From the NCBI GenBank assembly GCA_029210725.1, contig JARGFM010000005.1, forward strand, positions 89,805 to 153,804: DNA of 64,000 nt, given 5' to 3'. Numbering within the stretch: the stretch's first letter is position 1; every line of letters starts with the position of its first letter. Positions 27,832 to 37,385 of the stretch are shown here, one piece after another. Source of the DNA: Bacteroidales bacterium. Lineage in GTDB: Bacteria; Bacteroidota; Bacteroidia; Bacteroidales; GCA-2748055. Under the pieces are notes generated by a model. That model did no database searches and had not been told where the DNA came from. It saw only the letters and a list, made by a program, of their open reading frames with translations. The position numbers were made by a program, and so were the translations under genes.

Positions 27832-28541
27832 AACCGATAGGTGTAATTTACTTTGAACAGGAAGTTCATGGCTGGCTCCAGTTCCTCTATCTCATGGTAA
27901 AATCCATAGGCAAAACCCAGGCTTCCCAGCTTTCCCGGTTCGTACTTTATACCACCAAGTAAACAGAAATAATAAAACCTGGCGTTGTAATCAGGCCTGA
28001 ACAGCTGGAAAATCTCCAGGGAAACAAAGGGTTCAACCCGGGCAAAGTTCTCGTACCTGATTCTGATTCGCTGTCTCACATACTTTTCGTAATCGATCCG
28101 CTGATCCATGAGTCTGAATCCTTCCACCTCCTTCTGGTATCGCAGGCGGTAGGTGATGCTTACAGGGTTCATCCGGCCTGCATACCTCAGATCCAGATGA
28201 TAACGCGTCAGGTTTTCAAAGCTCCTGTCCGACTTCTTATCCCTGGTATATCTGTATCCTCCTTCCAGTGCAAAGTTTTTATTGATCCGGTAACGCAGTC
28301 CCAATCCCGTATGATAGTTATTGATCTCACTGATGTTGTGCTTAAAACGGATCTCTTCCTCCAGAGATAAAACCCAGTCTTTCCCGACTTTTTTTTCAAT
28401 GGTTGCCCCCGTCCACAGGTGAAGGTCGCGAACCACTTTAAGATCCTGCGCGCCAAGCAGGTTTGTCAACAGGATCAGCAGCAGCGAAACGCCAATCCGG
28501 CTACCCGGGCCGGCGGCTTTTATATATGGATTATCTTTCAT
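27828..28541 (-). CDS. DUF2490 family outer-membrane beta-barrel-like protein
   Basis: 237 aa with a signal peptide. It shows an alternating beta-strand pattern with aromatic ends (GLGLRYRINKNFALEGGYRYT) and a C-terminal NYTYRF. Confidence 0.65.
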   Translation of the reverse strand: MKDNPYIKAAGPGSRIGVSLLLILLTNLLGAQDLKVVRDLHLWTGATIEKKVGKDWVLSLEEEIRFKHNISEINNYHTGLGLRYRINKNFALEGGYRYTRDKKSDRSFENLTRYHLDLRYAGRMNPVSITYRLRYQKEVEGFRLMDQRIDYEKYVRQRIRIRYENFARVEPFVSLEIFQLFRPDYNARFYYFCLLGGIKYEPGKLGSLGFAYGFYHEIEELEPAMNFLFKVNYTYRF

Positions 28542-30216
28542 CTGTAAGGAGTTCCGGATACATGGGGTTGAGCTTGCTTACGGTCACATTTGAAAAGCTC
28601 AGTTTTAAGGTGTCGGCTTCCCAGTGCTCCCTGTTCATGTTCCATACGTCATAGACGCTGTTCTCCAGGCTCCTGGAATTTGCCACATGCATGGAGCCAT
28701 GGTGGGGCATTTCGTAACAGTCGCCATACCTGATTCCAATCCCATTGCGGATAAACTGACAGGAGTCCACTTCCACCTGGTGATTTACACTGCTGTATCC
28801 CAGTTCGAGCCCCTGGCCACAGTTGATAAAGAGGGAGTTTCGGATGCGATGCAGCTTTTCCGAAGTGTGTCCACTGGAAAGAGCAGCCCCTTCATGGAAA
28901 TTGGCTTCGAACCTGCAGGAGTTTATGATTACCTCCCCGCCGCCACTGGCCCCGCTGTCGAGTCCGTCATCCTTGGCATACATGAACACAGAGTTATAAA
29001 TAACGGCATTGGTCTCATTCAGATACAGTCCGTCGTTATCCTCATCCCTGTAGTCATCACTGTCGTCTGGAAAGTCCGTAAAGACACACCGTTCCATAAG
29101 GAGTTCCGACTGATTCACCTGTCCCCCGGTTTTGGCTCTTTGAATCAGGCAATCGCTCAGTTCCAGGTCGCAGGAAACTGGATAGAAAATCTGACCGATA
29201 TGGTCGATCATGTAGCAATGATCCAGAGCCAGTTCTCCATTTTCGCCATAGAAAAGTGCCTGTCGGCCGGCATGTCCATAACTGTAATCCCCTCCGGTGT
29301 GGAAACCGCTCCTGCTGAAAATGGTGTAAGCAGCTTCTAAACAGTTCCCGGCGGAGGTCCCGATAAAACCTCCCCAGTAGCCTTCATTCTCACTGCAGGT
29401 TACGGTGACAGGAGCCCTGGCTGATCCGGAAAAAAACAAATGTCCGTTGTTAAGGATATCAACCTCCGGGGCAATGGTGATAAAACTACCGCTGCCAATG
29501 CTCAAAGTGATGCCCTCGGGAATGTTCAGCTCACCCGGAATATGAATGTAGCTTCCGGCCGGATAGTGCCTGTCAGCGTCCAGAACTCCGCTCAGGGAGA
29601 GTGGGGTATTATTCTGGGAGTTTATCAGCAGCGGAAAGCTCCTGTTATCTATCTCCACTGCCTGTTCTCTCTGATCTTCGGGGACCTGAACAGAACCTAC
29701 CCCTCTCTTGATTCTAAAGCTTTGCCGGCCGATTTGAGCATCCAGGTTATCCCCCGAAAGGGTAAGCTCTTCTCCAAGTACTGCGATCAGTGGAATGGAG
29801 ATGCCTGTGGGAGCGGAAGGCGGATAAATCAATTTTACCGTCTGATCCCCCAATTCACCCTGCTCCGGCTTTGCCGGGGTCCATGGAGGTAATCCCCATT
29901 CAGTTTCTCCACGCTGCGGATCGAGGATGACCAAACGGATCAGTTCAGGATCATCCGCTTCCATGCCTTTCAGAAAGATCTCTATCCGGTAATATCCGGC
30001 TTCCTGAAGCTCCAATATGCCTTTGTCGGGATTCTCTGATCCGTTTACAAGAATCCGCTCCACTTTTTCGCCCATATAAGTACTGCAATCCAATAACATG
30101 GAACCGGTGTAGTTTTCCTTGTCGGACAGCTCATCCAGGGTCAGTTCCAGCTGAATCCGTGTGCATGAAAAGAGAATTGCAAACAGAAACAGAACGGAAA
30201 TCCATATTCTTCTCAC
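28531..30216 (-). CDS. Right-handed parallel beta-helix repeat lipoprotein (561 aa)
   Basis: Lipobox AILFSCTR. The C-terminal half has serial PbH1-like turns: LDHCYMID, LSDCLIQRA, MERCVFTDF, IYNSVFMYA, INSCRFEAN, IRNSLFINC and VDSCQFIRN. Confidence 0.7.
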   Translation of the reverse strand: MRRIWISVLFLFAILFSCTRIQLELTLDELSDKENYTGSMLLDCSTYMGEKVERILVNGSENPDKGILELQEAGYYRIEIFLKGMEADDPELIRLVILDPQRGETEWGLPPWTPAKPEQGELGDQTVKLIYPPSAPTGISIPLIAVLGEELTLSGDNLDAQIGRQSFRIKRGVGSVQVPEDQREQAVEIDNRSFPLLINSQNNTPLSLSGVLDADRHYPAGSYIHIPGELNIPEGITLSIGSGSFITIAPEVDILNNGHLFFSGSARAPVTVTCSENEGYWGGFIGTSAGNCLEAAYTIFSRSGFHTGGDYSYGHAGRQALFYGENGELALDHCYMIDHIGQIFYPVSCDLELSDCLIQRAKTGGQVNQSELLMERCVFTDFPDDSDDYRDEDNDGLYLNETNAVIYNSVFMYAKDDGLDSGASGGGEVIINSCRFEANFHEGAALSSGHTSEKLHRIRNSLFINCGQGLELGYSSVNHQVEVDSCQFIRNGIGIRYGDCYEMPHHGSMHVANSRSLENSVYDVWNMNREHWEADTLKLSFSNVTVSKLNPMYPELLTDER

Positions 30217-31460
30217 GGCTGAATCTCTTTAAGTTGTTGTTTCATCTCTGTCAGACGTTCCCTCAGGAATGCCTTTTTTTCTGACATATTTTTTTCCCAG
30301 AGCTGATAGCTTGTTTCGGTCTGGTCAAACCGGGATTGTGAAATCACCTCCTTGTTATAATAGAAAGGAATCAATTCATCCCGGGTCTGCTGGAACAAGA
30401 TATCAAAATCCCCCGTATTCATTTTCTCTAGCATTCCGGCAAGTGTGTTTATATAACGGCCATAAAGATAGGGGTCCATGGCAATGATATAGTCCAGGTC
30501 ATCCTCGATGGAGAATATCATTTTATCTCCGATCTCATTCAGCACATCCTGATGCGTGGGATAGCTGCGTTTTCCGAATAGGGTGCCTGTTCCCCAGGTG
30601 ATCCCCACTTCATGAGGGACGGAGCGGAAAAGGTCGTCGTAGTCCCAGGGAATAATATTGAACCTGATTTGATCCTGATGGATCCGGGCATAGAGATAGA
30701 CCTCATCGGTATAATCGCCATTCTGCAGCAGGTAATCAATGCCCATCTTCCGGAAATACTGGTCCAGATTCAAACGTTCGCTCAGTGCCATATACAAATC
30801 CTCTCCCTGTAGCTGAGTGAGGCTGGAATAAATCTCCTGAAAGCGATCTTCATACTCTTCCCTGGGGATCAGATGGGTGGAAGGCTCATATTCCGCATCA
30901 TCAATACTGTGGTAATAACCCCGGCGCAGAATATATTCTGAACCGTTCTCCAGGTAGTACTGTTCGGGATCCTCCACCAGCAGGTATATCCCCTGGGTCT
31001 CGCTGTTTATTTTTAGTTCCACATACCTGTAGAACAAGGGAAAAATTCCCTGCTCCTCCAGGATTCCGAAAGCAATCCGGTTCTCGATATAGGTATAGTC
31101 CATGGCCATGGAAATCAGCTTAAACCTGCTGAGAAGCCGGGTTTCAAGTCCGTCCGGTCTTTCCAGGAGTATGGGCACATTCAGGAACACCGTAAAACTT
31201 TTGCGCTGAAAGCGGAGAGCGCTTTTTCCCCGGGTCCTGATCTCTTTCAGTTCCAGGGCCTGGTCGTCCATAAGAAAAGACATTCCCGTTTCAGATATGG
31301 AGTATGCGGTATCCCGGCTGTCATAGATAAACTCCTGCATTTCAGGTGAAACCCTGAGTTCAAAAACCTTATCAATCTCAGCGGGGAGTTCCATCTCCCT
31401 GTAACAGGCAGTTATTAAGATCAGGATAACGGCCGGTATAAGAATTCTGACAGGTATCAT
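30213..31460 (-). CDS. CotH kinase family protein, lipoprotein (about 415 aa)
   Basis: The likely start is MIPVRILIPAVILILITACY (lipobox) at 31460. CotH patterns are present: RTRGKSALRFQRKSFTVFL, VELKINSETQGIYLLVEDPEQY and IIPWDYDDLF. Confidence 0.8.
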   Translation of the reverse strand: MIPVRILIPAVILILITACYREMELPAEIDKVFELRVSPEMQEFIYDSRDTAYSISETGMSFLMDDQALELKEIRTRGKSALRFQRKSFTVFLNVPILLERPDGLETRLLSRFKLISMAMDYTYIENRIAFGILEEQGIFPLFYRYVELKINSETQGIYLLVEDPEQYYLENGSEYILRRGYYHSIDDAEYEPSTHLIPREEYEDRFQEIYSSLTQLQGEDLYMALSERLNLDQYFRKMGIDYLLQNGDYTDEVYLYARIHQDQIRFNIIPWDYDDLFRSVPHEVGITWGTGTLFGKRSYPTHQDVLNEIGDKMIFSIEDDLDYIIAMDPYLYGRYINTLAGMLEKMNTGDFDILFQQTRDELIPFYYNKEVISQSRFDQTETSYQLWEKNMSEKKAFLRERLTEMKQQLKEIQP

Positions 31461-31569
31461 TTTTCCCCTTTTGTATTGTGACAGCAAAGAAAGTAAAAAT
31501 GGTGCATATGGAGCGGTTCTCTTAGAGTATATGACTATATTCGTAACTCTCTTTATAAGTAAATATTGT

Positions 31570-33159
31570 ATGAAAATTCATTCACCTTTCTTCGTTGTTT
31601 TTCTTTTTTTGTCCACCCTGGTTCCTGCTCAGCATCCCGACTGGGAAGGGGGATATGCAGATGGATGCACCTCCGTTACGGCAGGAAAAAGGGCCACAGC
31701 TGATGGCTCCGTGATCACCTCCCATACCGATGACAGCCATCGTACGCGTTCCTGGATGGATGTGGTCCCCGCTGCCAGCCATCCCCGCGATTTCACCACT
31801 ACTATGTATCGCCGGGTCGCCTGTGACTCCTTCGCTATGCCCACTTATGGTCACGTGCCCATTGGAGAGATTCCGCAGGTCAGGGAGACCTACCAGTTCC
31901 TGAATACAGCCTACCCCTCCATGAACCAGCACCAGCTGGGGATTGGAGAGTCCACCTTCGGAGGCAGGGAGGAGCTGAAGTCCGAAGAAGGTCTTATCGA
32001 CTGCCAGAGGCTCTGCCGTCTGATGCTGGAGCGATGCAAAAGTGCCCGGGAAGCCATTGAACTGGCCGGTGAGCTTACGGAAAAATATGGCTGGAACGAT
32101 TACGGGGAGTGCCTGACCATTGCGGATAAGAACGAGGTCTGGCATCTGGAGATCCTGGGACAGGGAAAAGGGAAGACCGGTTCCGTGTGGGCGGCCCAGA
32201 GGGTCCCTGACGAACACGTGGCTGTTAATGCCAATGCCAGCACCATCAAGGAGATTGATCTGGAGGACAGGGACCACTTTATGGCCAGTGAGAATATTTT
32301 CAGTCTGGCTGCCGAAGCCGGATGGTGGAAGGAAGGAGAGCCTTTCCGTTTCTCTTATGTGTATGCCCCCGAAAGCCGGACCTCGCTGGCAGCAAGAAGA
32401 AGAGAGTGGAGGGTATTTGATCTGCTCGCACCTTCCATGAAACTGGATCCCAATGCTGAGAACTACCCTTTTTCTGTAAAGCCCGATACCCTGGTATCCC
32501 TGGCAGATCTCCGGAGGGTATTCTCTGACTACTACGAGGGAACCCCTTTTGATATGACCAAAGATATGCTGGTCACCGATGAGCAGGGCAGGAGCGTCAT
32601 CTCTCCATTGGCCAATCCACATCTTCCTTATGATATGAACAAGCTTTTCCGGATAAACGGGGGATGGGGATGGAGAGGAGAGAGAACCATCGCCCGCTGG
32701 TATACCATGTATGCCACCATCATCCAGTGCCGCGACTGGCTGCCGAATGAGATCGGAGGGGTGGTATGGCTGGCACAGGACAATGTGGCCACTTCCATTT
32801 ATGTGCCTGTTTACTGCTGCGGAAGTGATCTGCCGGCATCCTATAAAACTCCGGGCCGTCCTCATGGATACACCCGGGAATCTGCCTGGTGGGCCTTTAA
32901 CCGCCTGGGAACACTTACGGCCCAGCGATGGGGAGAAATGCGTTACGATGTAAACGAGGTTTGGGATCAATGGCAGAGTGAACTGTTTGTGGGGCAGGCT
33001 TCCTTCGAAAAGCAGGCCCTTGAGCTCCACCGGAAGGGGGAAAGAGAAGAGCTGATAAATTATCTGACCAGCCATACCATGGACTGGGGCAACCGGGTGG
33101 TGGAGAAAGCCTGGGAACTGGGAGATATGTTGTGGACCAGGTATGATGAAAAATTTTAG
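31570..33159 (+). CDS. Peptidase C69 family dipeptidase, secreted
   Basis: Signal peptide MKIHSPFFVVFLFLSTLVPAQ, then GCTSVTAGKRATADGSVITSHTDD, the Ntn-type Cys nucleophile context of C69. Confidence 0.85.
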   Translation: MKIHSPFFVVFLFLSTLVPAQHPDWEGGYADGCTSVTAGKRATADGSVITSHTDDSHRTRSWMDVVPAASHPRDFTTTMYRRVACDSFAMPTYGHVPIGEIPQVRETYQFLNTAYPSMNQHQLGIGESTFGGREELKSEEGLIDCQRLCRLMLERCKSAREAIELAGELTEKYGWNDYGECLTIADKNEVWHLEILGQGKGKTGSVWAAQRVPDEHVAVNANASTIKEIDLEDRDHFMASENIFSLAAEAGWWKEGEPFRFSYVYAPESRTSLAARRREWRVFDLLAPSMKLDPNAENYPFSVKPDTLVSLADLRRVFSDYYEGTPFDMTKDMLVTDEQGRSVISPLANPHLPYDMNKLFRINGGWGWRGERTIARWYTMYATIIQCRDWLPNEIGGVVWLAQDNVATSIYVPVYCCGSDLPASYKTPGRPHGYTRESAWWAFNRLGTLTAQRWGEMRYDVNEVWDQWQSELFVGQASFEKQALELHRKGEREELINYLTSHTMDWGNRVVEKAWELGDMLWTRYDEKF

Positions 33160-34209
33160 ATGAAAAGTCCTGTCAATCGTCGCGGATTTGCAAGCGATAA
33201 CAATGCAGGGGTACATCCCCGGATCCTGCAAGCACTAGGAGAAGTGAATGGTGGCCATGTGATCGCCTACGGGGATGATCCATACACAGAACAGGCGAAG
33301 GCCGCTCTCAGATTGGTTTTCGGTGAGGAGGCAGAACACTTTTTTGTCTTTATCGGCACGGCCGCGAATGTACTGGGTCTTTCCAGCATTACCCAGCCCT
33401 ATCATGCGGTGATCTGTCCCGATACTGCACATATTCACGTGGATGAATGCGGAGCCCCGGAAAAGTTTTCAGGGTGTAAATTACTGACCTGTCATACGCC
33501 GGACGGAAAACTGACCACAGATAAAATCGCTTCTTTTATGCATGGAATCGGCTTTGAGCACCACGTGCAGCCCAAAGTGGTCTCCATCACCCAGTCGACC
33601 GAGATGGGGACGGTCTATTCCATAAACGAGATCAAAGAGCTTGCCAGGTACACCCACGGGCAGGGAATGCTGCTTCATATGGACGGAGCCAGGATCAGTA
33701 ATGCAGCCATATCGCTCGACTGCGGCTTTTACGAGATGACCGGCGGGGCAGGAGTGGATGTGCTTTCTTTCGGAGGAACCAAGAATGGGATGATGTACGG
33801 TGAGGCCGTTATATTTTTCAATAAAGCCCTTTGCGAAGATTTTAAATACCGGCGGAAGCAGGGAATGCAGCTGGCTTCAAAAATGCGTTATATTGCTGCC
33901 CAGTTCAGTGCATTTCTGGAGCATGATCTCTGGAAAGAGAACGCCAGGCACGCCAACCGGATGGCTAAGAAACTGTATGAAGCCGTTAAAGACCTGCCAG
34001 GGGTGGAAGTCACACAGGCGGTGGAATCCAATGCGGTTTTCGCAAGGATTCCTGCGCGGATAATCCCGGAACTGCAGCAGGAGTTCTTTTTCTACATGTG
34101 GGATGAAGAACGGTCAGAAGTGAGATGGATGTGTTCCTTTGACACCACGGAAGAGGATATTGACCGCTTTACGTCCCTGCTCAGTTCATTGCTCAAAGGG
34201 GGGGATTAA
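33160..34209 (+). CDS. ltaE: Low-specificity L-threonine aldolase (beta-eliminating lyase fold)
   Basis: 349 aa with FASDNNAGVHPRILQAL and SFGGTKNGMMYGEAV (PLP-lysine context). Confidence 0.85.
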   Translation: MKSPVNRRGFASDNNAGVHPRILQALGEVNGGHVIAYGDDPYTEQAKAALRLVFGEEAEHFFVFIGTAANVLGLSSITQPYHAVICPDTAHIHVDECGAPEKFSGCKLLTCHTPDGKLTTDKIASFMHGIGFEHHVQPKVVSITQSTEMGTVYSINEIKELARYTHGQGMLLHMDGARISNAAISLDCGFYEMTGGAGVDVLSFGGTKNGMMYGEAVIFFNKALCEDFKYRRKQGMQLASKMRYIAAQFSAFLEHDLWKENARHANRMAKKLYEAVKDLPGVEVTQAVESNAVFARIPARIIPELQQEFFFYMWDEERSEVRWMCSFDTTEEDIDRFTSLLSSLLKGGD

Positions 34210-35415
34210 CAGGGAACTGTCCCCGTAGCTCAGGAACCTGAAGTTCTCTTTCAAAGCATAGTCATATACCTTTCGCCAGTCCTCACCGATCCAGGCGGCA
34301 ATCAGCAAAAGCAGGGTGCTGCCAGGCATATGGAAATTGGTAATCAGTCCTTCAATGGTTCTGAACCGGTAGCCGGGTACAATCATCAGATTGGTGGTGA
34401 AGTGCAACTGCTCCAGATTGTGCAACTTACAGTAAGCAATCACTGCTTCAAGACTTTCCGGAAGGGATATCTCCTGTGGAAGCTGCTCATGATCCCATTG
34501 GGCAAGGGACAGGGAGAAGGGATCGGACTGGGGCCCGACCAGAAACTTTACTCCCAGCCAGTAGAGGGATTCCAGGCTGCGTGTGCTGGTGGTGCCTACG
34601 GCGACCAGGCCCCGTGTTCTTTTCAACCACCGTTTCAGGAACTTCCGGGTCACCACCACCAGTTCCGAATGCATGGAGTGATCCCTGGCATTCTTCTCTT
34701 TTACAGGCACAAAGGTGCCAGCACCCACATGAAGGGTAATATGTTCCATAAGAATCCTCCGGCTCTCCAGCTGCCGGATCAGCTCTCCGCTGAAGTGCAA
34801 ACCAGCTGTTGGAGCAGCCACAGAGCCGTTATTCACGCTGTATACGGTCTGGTAGCGCTCCCTGTCGCTCTCTTCTGCCTCCCGCTTCATATAGGGTGGG
34901 ATGGGGGTGCTTCCGGATTGCTCTATAATCTCCCCGAAGGTGATCTCCGGATCCTGCCATCGGAACTGAACCAAAAATCCTTCTCCGTGCCTTTCCAATA
35001 GATGGGCCTCCAGCATGACCACTCTGCCCCTGATGCCTGTCTCCAGGGATACCGGTCCGCTTTTCCATTTCTTTACATTTCCGACCAGACAGTGCCAGGT
35101 GGCTGAATGCTTTGCCAGAAAGGCCAGCTGATAATCGGCCGGATCACAGGGTTCCAGGCAGAAGATTTCAATGCGGGCTCCGCTTTCCTTCCGGAAAATA
35201 AGACGGGCCTGAATCACCCGGGTGTTGTTAAAGACCAGCCAGGAGTCAGCCGGCAGGTGTTCCGGCAAATGACTGAAACGGGTCTGAGAAATGTTTTCCC
35301 CCTTATAGAGCAGCAATTTTGAAGCGGAACGGTCCGGGAGGGGATATCTGGCTATCCTGGAATCGGGCAGTTCATATTTGAAATTTTCAAGAAAGATAGT
35401 AGATGGCTCAGCCAT
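34186..35415 (-). CDS. queA: S-adenosylmethionine:tRNA ribosyltransferase-isomerase
   Basis: 409 aa with FKYELPDSRIARYPL, LVFNNTRVIQARL, TAGLHF, and the C-terminal FRFLSYGDSSLL. Confidence 0.9.
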   Translation of the reverse strand: MAEPSTIFLENFKYELPDSRIARYPLPDRSASKLLLYKGENISQTRFSHLPEHLPADSWLVFNNTRVIQARLIFRKESGARIEIFCLEPCDPADYQLAFLAKHSATWHCLVGNVKKWKSGPVSLETGIRGRVVMLEAHLLERHGEGFLVQFRWQDPEITFGEIIEQSGSTPIPPYMKREAEESDRERYQTVYSVNNGSVAAPTAGLHFSGELIRQLESRRILMEHITLHVGAGTFVPVKEKNARDHSMHSELVVVTRKFLKRWLKRTRGLVAVGTTSTRSLESLYWLGVKFLVGPQSDPFSLSLAQWDHEQLPQEISLPESLEAVIAYCKLHNLEQLHFTTNLMIVPGYRFRTIEGLITNFHMPGSTLLLLIAAWIGEDWRKVYDYALKENFRFLSYGDSSLLIPPFEQ

Positions 35416-35471
35416 GTTTCGTGTATGATCTCGGCAAAATTAACTATTTTTGCATAGTTCTTATGAAATTT

Positions 35472-35800
35472 TGCAGTAGTTGATCCTGTCGCTGCAGGCT
35501 TCGGCCTGTGGAGGAAAGTCCGGGCAGCTCAGGGTGCCGCACTGTTGAAAAACAGATGTCTGTGAAGGCATGGGTACAAAGAAGAAAATAACCGCCTCGT
35601 CACGGGGTAAGGGTGAGAAGGTGGGGTAAGAGCCCACCAGTGTAAGGGGTAATCCTTACAGCTGTTTGTCCTGCGGGCTGAAAGGCCATGTATACCGGCG
35701 TTATAAAAGCTACCCGCTACTGCCGGGGGGTAGGCCGCTTAGAAAAATGACAGGCATCCTGCACTGGCGGGATACAGAACCTGGCTTAACAACTACTGCA
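35472..35800 (+). ncRNA. rnpB: RNase P RNA (bacterial type A)
   Basis: The universally conserved GGAGGAAAGTCCGGGC is at 35510-35525. GGTAAGGGTGAGAAGGTGGGGTAAGAGCCCACCAG forms the P10-P12 region. ACAGAACCTGGCTTA is at 35774-35788. The terminal P1 helix pairs TGCAGTAGTT (35472-35481) with AACTACTGCA (35791-35800). Confidence 0.93.
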
Positions 35801-35804
35801 TTTT

Positions 35805-36521
35805 TTACTCAATAACCGGCTTCTCAAAGAGAGAGTCATCCAGGGTCTTATTGTATTCGACCGATTCGAACGTAATGGTGCTGACCACCTGTCCCGCCAT
35901 TTTCGTAGCCATATAGTGAGCGGTGGGAATGCCCTTCACCTCTTTATAATCTTTCATCTCCATCTCGATCTCGGTCTCCATGCCATTGGCCATCTGGGTC
36001 ATCATCAGCTTGGATATCAGGGAGGTTTCCTTTGAGATACATACGATCAGCTCATCTCCCTCCGCTTTGGTGATTTTAATCATAAAAGCAGACCCGTCAT
36101 CGGTGGATCCCAGCAACTCGACGGTACTCCCTTTTGCCTTATAGTCCCAAAGCGGACTGTCTATTTCAGCCTGATTTATAATGGACTTAAGTTCCTGGGT
36201 GCCGAGCTCCTGTGGCTGACTGATTCCCATGGCCGGTGCATACATCCAGCCTGTAGTGCCATTGTAAGTCTGGATAATCTTTGAGCCGGCAAAATCTGTT
36301 TCCATCCGGAGCTTGTGTGGTCTGGCCTGAAAGAGTTTGATTCCAGTTTCCATTCCCATGGCAACCAGGGTGTTTTTGCCGCTGATGGAAACAGAACTTA
36401 TTTTTGACATTTTCTCCTGGCCGGAAGCCTTGAAATGATCGTTAAGTATCCTATCCAGGTCCTGTGCGGACAGGGAAATTGCAAATACAGCAATGGCGAA
36501 AGAAATAAATAGTCTGCGCAT
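35805..36521 (-). CDS. Putative outer-membrane lipoprotein-sorting (LolA-like fold) protein
   Basis: 238 aa with a signal peptide. The beta-rich sequence resembles proteins annotated as outer membrane lipoprotein-sorting protein. Family assignment is from memory only. Confidence 0.5.
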   Translation of the reverse strand: MRRLFISFAIAVFAISLSAQDLDRILNDHFKASGQEKMSKISSVSISGKNTLVAMGMETGIKLFQARPHKLRMETDFAGSKIIQTYNGTTGWMYAPAMGISQPQELGTQELKSIINQAEIDSPLWDYKAKGSTVELLGSTDDGSAFMIKITKAEGDELIVCISKETSLISKLMMTQMANGMETEIEMEMKDYKEVKGIPTAHYMATKMAGQVVSTITFESVEYNKTLDDSLFEKPVIE

Positions 36522-36548
36522 GGGAAAAAATTTTGGTTATGATCAAAT

Positions 36549-37385
36549 TTACATATTTAATACAATATCTCTAAGCAGTGTCAGTTTTCTTAACAAATCG
36601 TCCAGATAAGCCATCTGAAGCATATTGGCACCGTCCGATTTTGCCCTGGAAGGATCGGGGTGGGTTTCCAGAAATATACCATCAGCACCCACAGCAATCC
36701 CTGCCCTGGCCATGCTTTCAATTAATTCCGGCCTGCCTCCTGTTACCCCTCCGGACTGATTGGGTTGCTGTAGCGAATGGGTAACATCCAGGATAACCGG
36801 ATGTCCGAATTGCTGCATGACCGGGATCCCCCTGAAGTCAACCACCAGGTCCTGATATCCGAAGGTGGTGCCCCTTTCAGTGATCAGGACCTTATTATTG
36901 CCCGCTTCCACCACCTTATCCACAACAAACTTCATGGATTCAGGGGAAAGAAACTGTCCTTTTTTTATAGATACGGCGCAATTGGTCCTGGCACATGCCA
37001 CCAGCAGGTCTGTCTGTCTGGAAAGAAAGGCCGGAACCTGGAGCACATCCACAAATTCAGCGGCCATTTTCGCTTCTTGCGGGCTATGAACATCCGTGAT
37101 TACCGGTAAAGCAAATTGCTCCCCCGCTTCCTTCAGAATCTGCAGGGCCCGTTCATCCCCGATTCCTGTAAAGGAGTCCGGTCGCGATCGGTTGGCTTTC
37201 CGGTAGGAGGCCTTAAACACAACAGGCAATTGGTATTTCTCACACAAAAGGCTGATATGCTCCGCTATCTGCATGACCATATCCCTTCCTTCCACCACAC
37301 AGGGCCCCGCAATTAACAAAAAACCTTCTCTGTCATAACTCCGGAGGGAGGGGATCACTTCTCTAAGTTCATTATTTGTTATCAT
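36549..37385 (-). CDS. kdsA: 3-deoxy-8-phosphooctulonate (KDO-8-P) synthase
   Basis: 278 aa with LIAGPCVVE, FKASYRKANRS, LQVPAFLSRQTDLL, KKGQF, ERGTTFGY and DVTHSLQ. Confidence 0.93.
   Translation of the reverse strand: MITNNELREVIPSLRSYDREGFLLIAGPCVVEGRDMVMQIAEHISLLCEKYQLPVVFKASYRKANRSRPDSFTGIGDERALQILKEAGEQFALPVITDVHSPQEAKMAAEFVDVLQVPAFLSRQTDLLVACARTNCAVSIKKGQFLSPESMKFVVDKVVEAGNNKVLITERGTTFGYQDLVVDFRGIPVMQQFGHPVILDVTHSLQQPNQSGGVTGGRPELIESMARAGIAVGADGIFLETHPDPSRAKSDGANMLQMAYLDDLLRKLTLLRDIVLNM

Noticed and set aside
31582-33231. A 549-aa ORF on the minus strand spanning the whole C69 dipeptidase gene
   Set aside because: It is antisense to a gene with clear family motifs (GCTSVTAGKRATADGSV). 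Its translation is Pro/Gly/Arg/His-rich with no domain-like pattern and no signal or start context. The same applies to the other long antisense ORFs: 7239-7985, 24698-25348, 28624-29340, 34330-35001, 44033-44917, 47434-48441, 50426-50893, 51829-52368 and 55169-55693.
34186-34209. A 24-nt convergent overlap of the ltaE and queA 3' ends; likewise a 56-nt overlap of the S24 repressor and the Lon-N gene at 51146-51201
   Set aside because: Both C-termini look native (queA ends with the usual FLSYGD...). Short convergent overlaps occur in compact genomes. No additional signal such as a hairpin or motif is seen in the overlaps.
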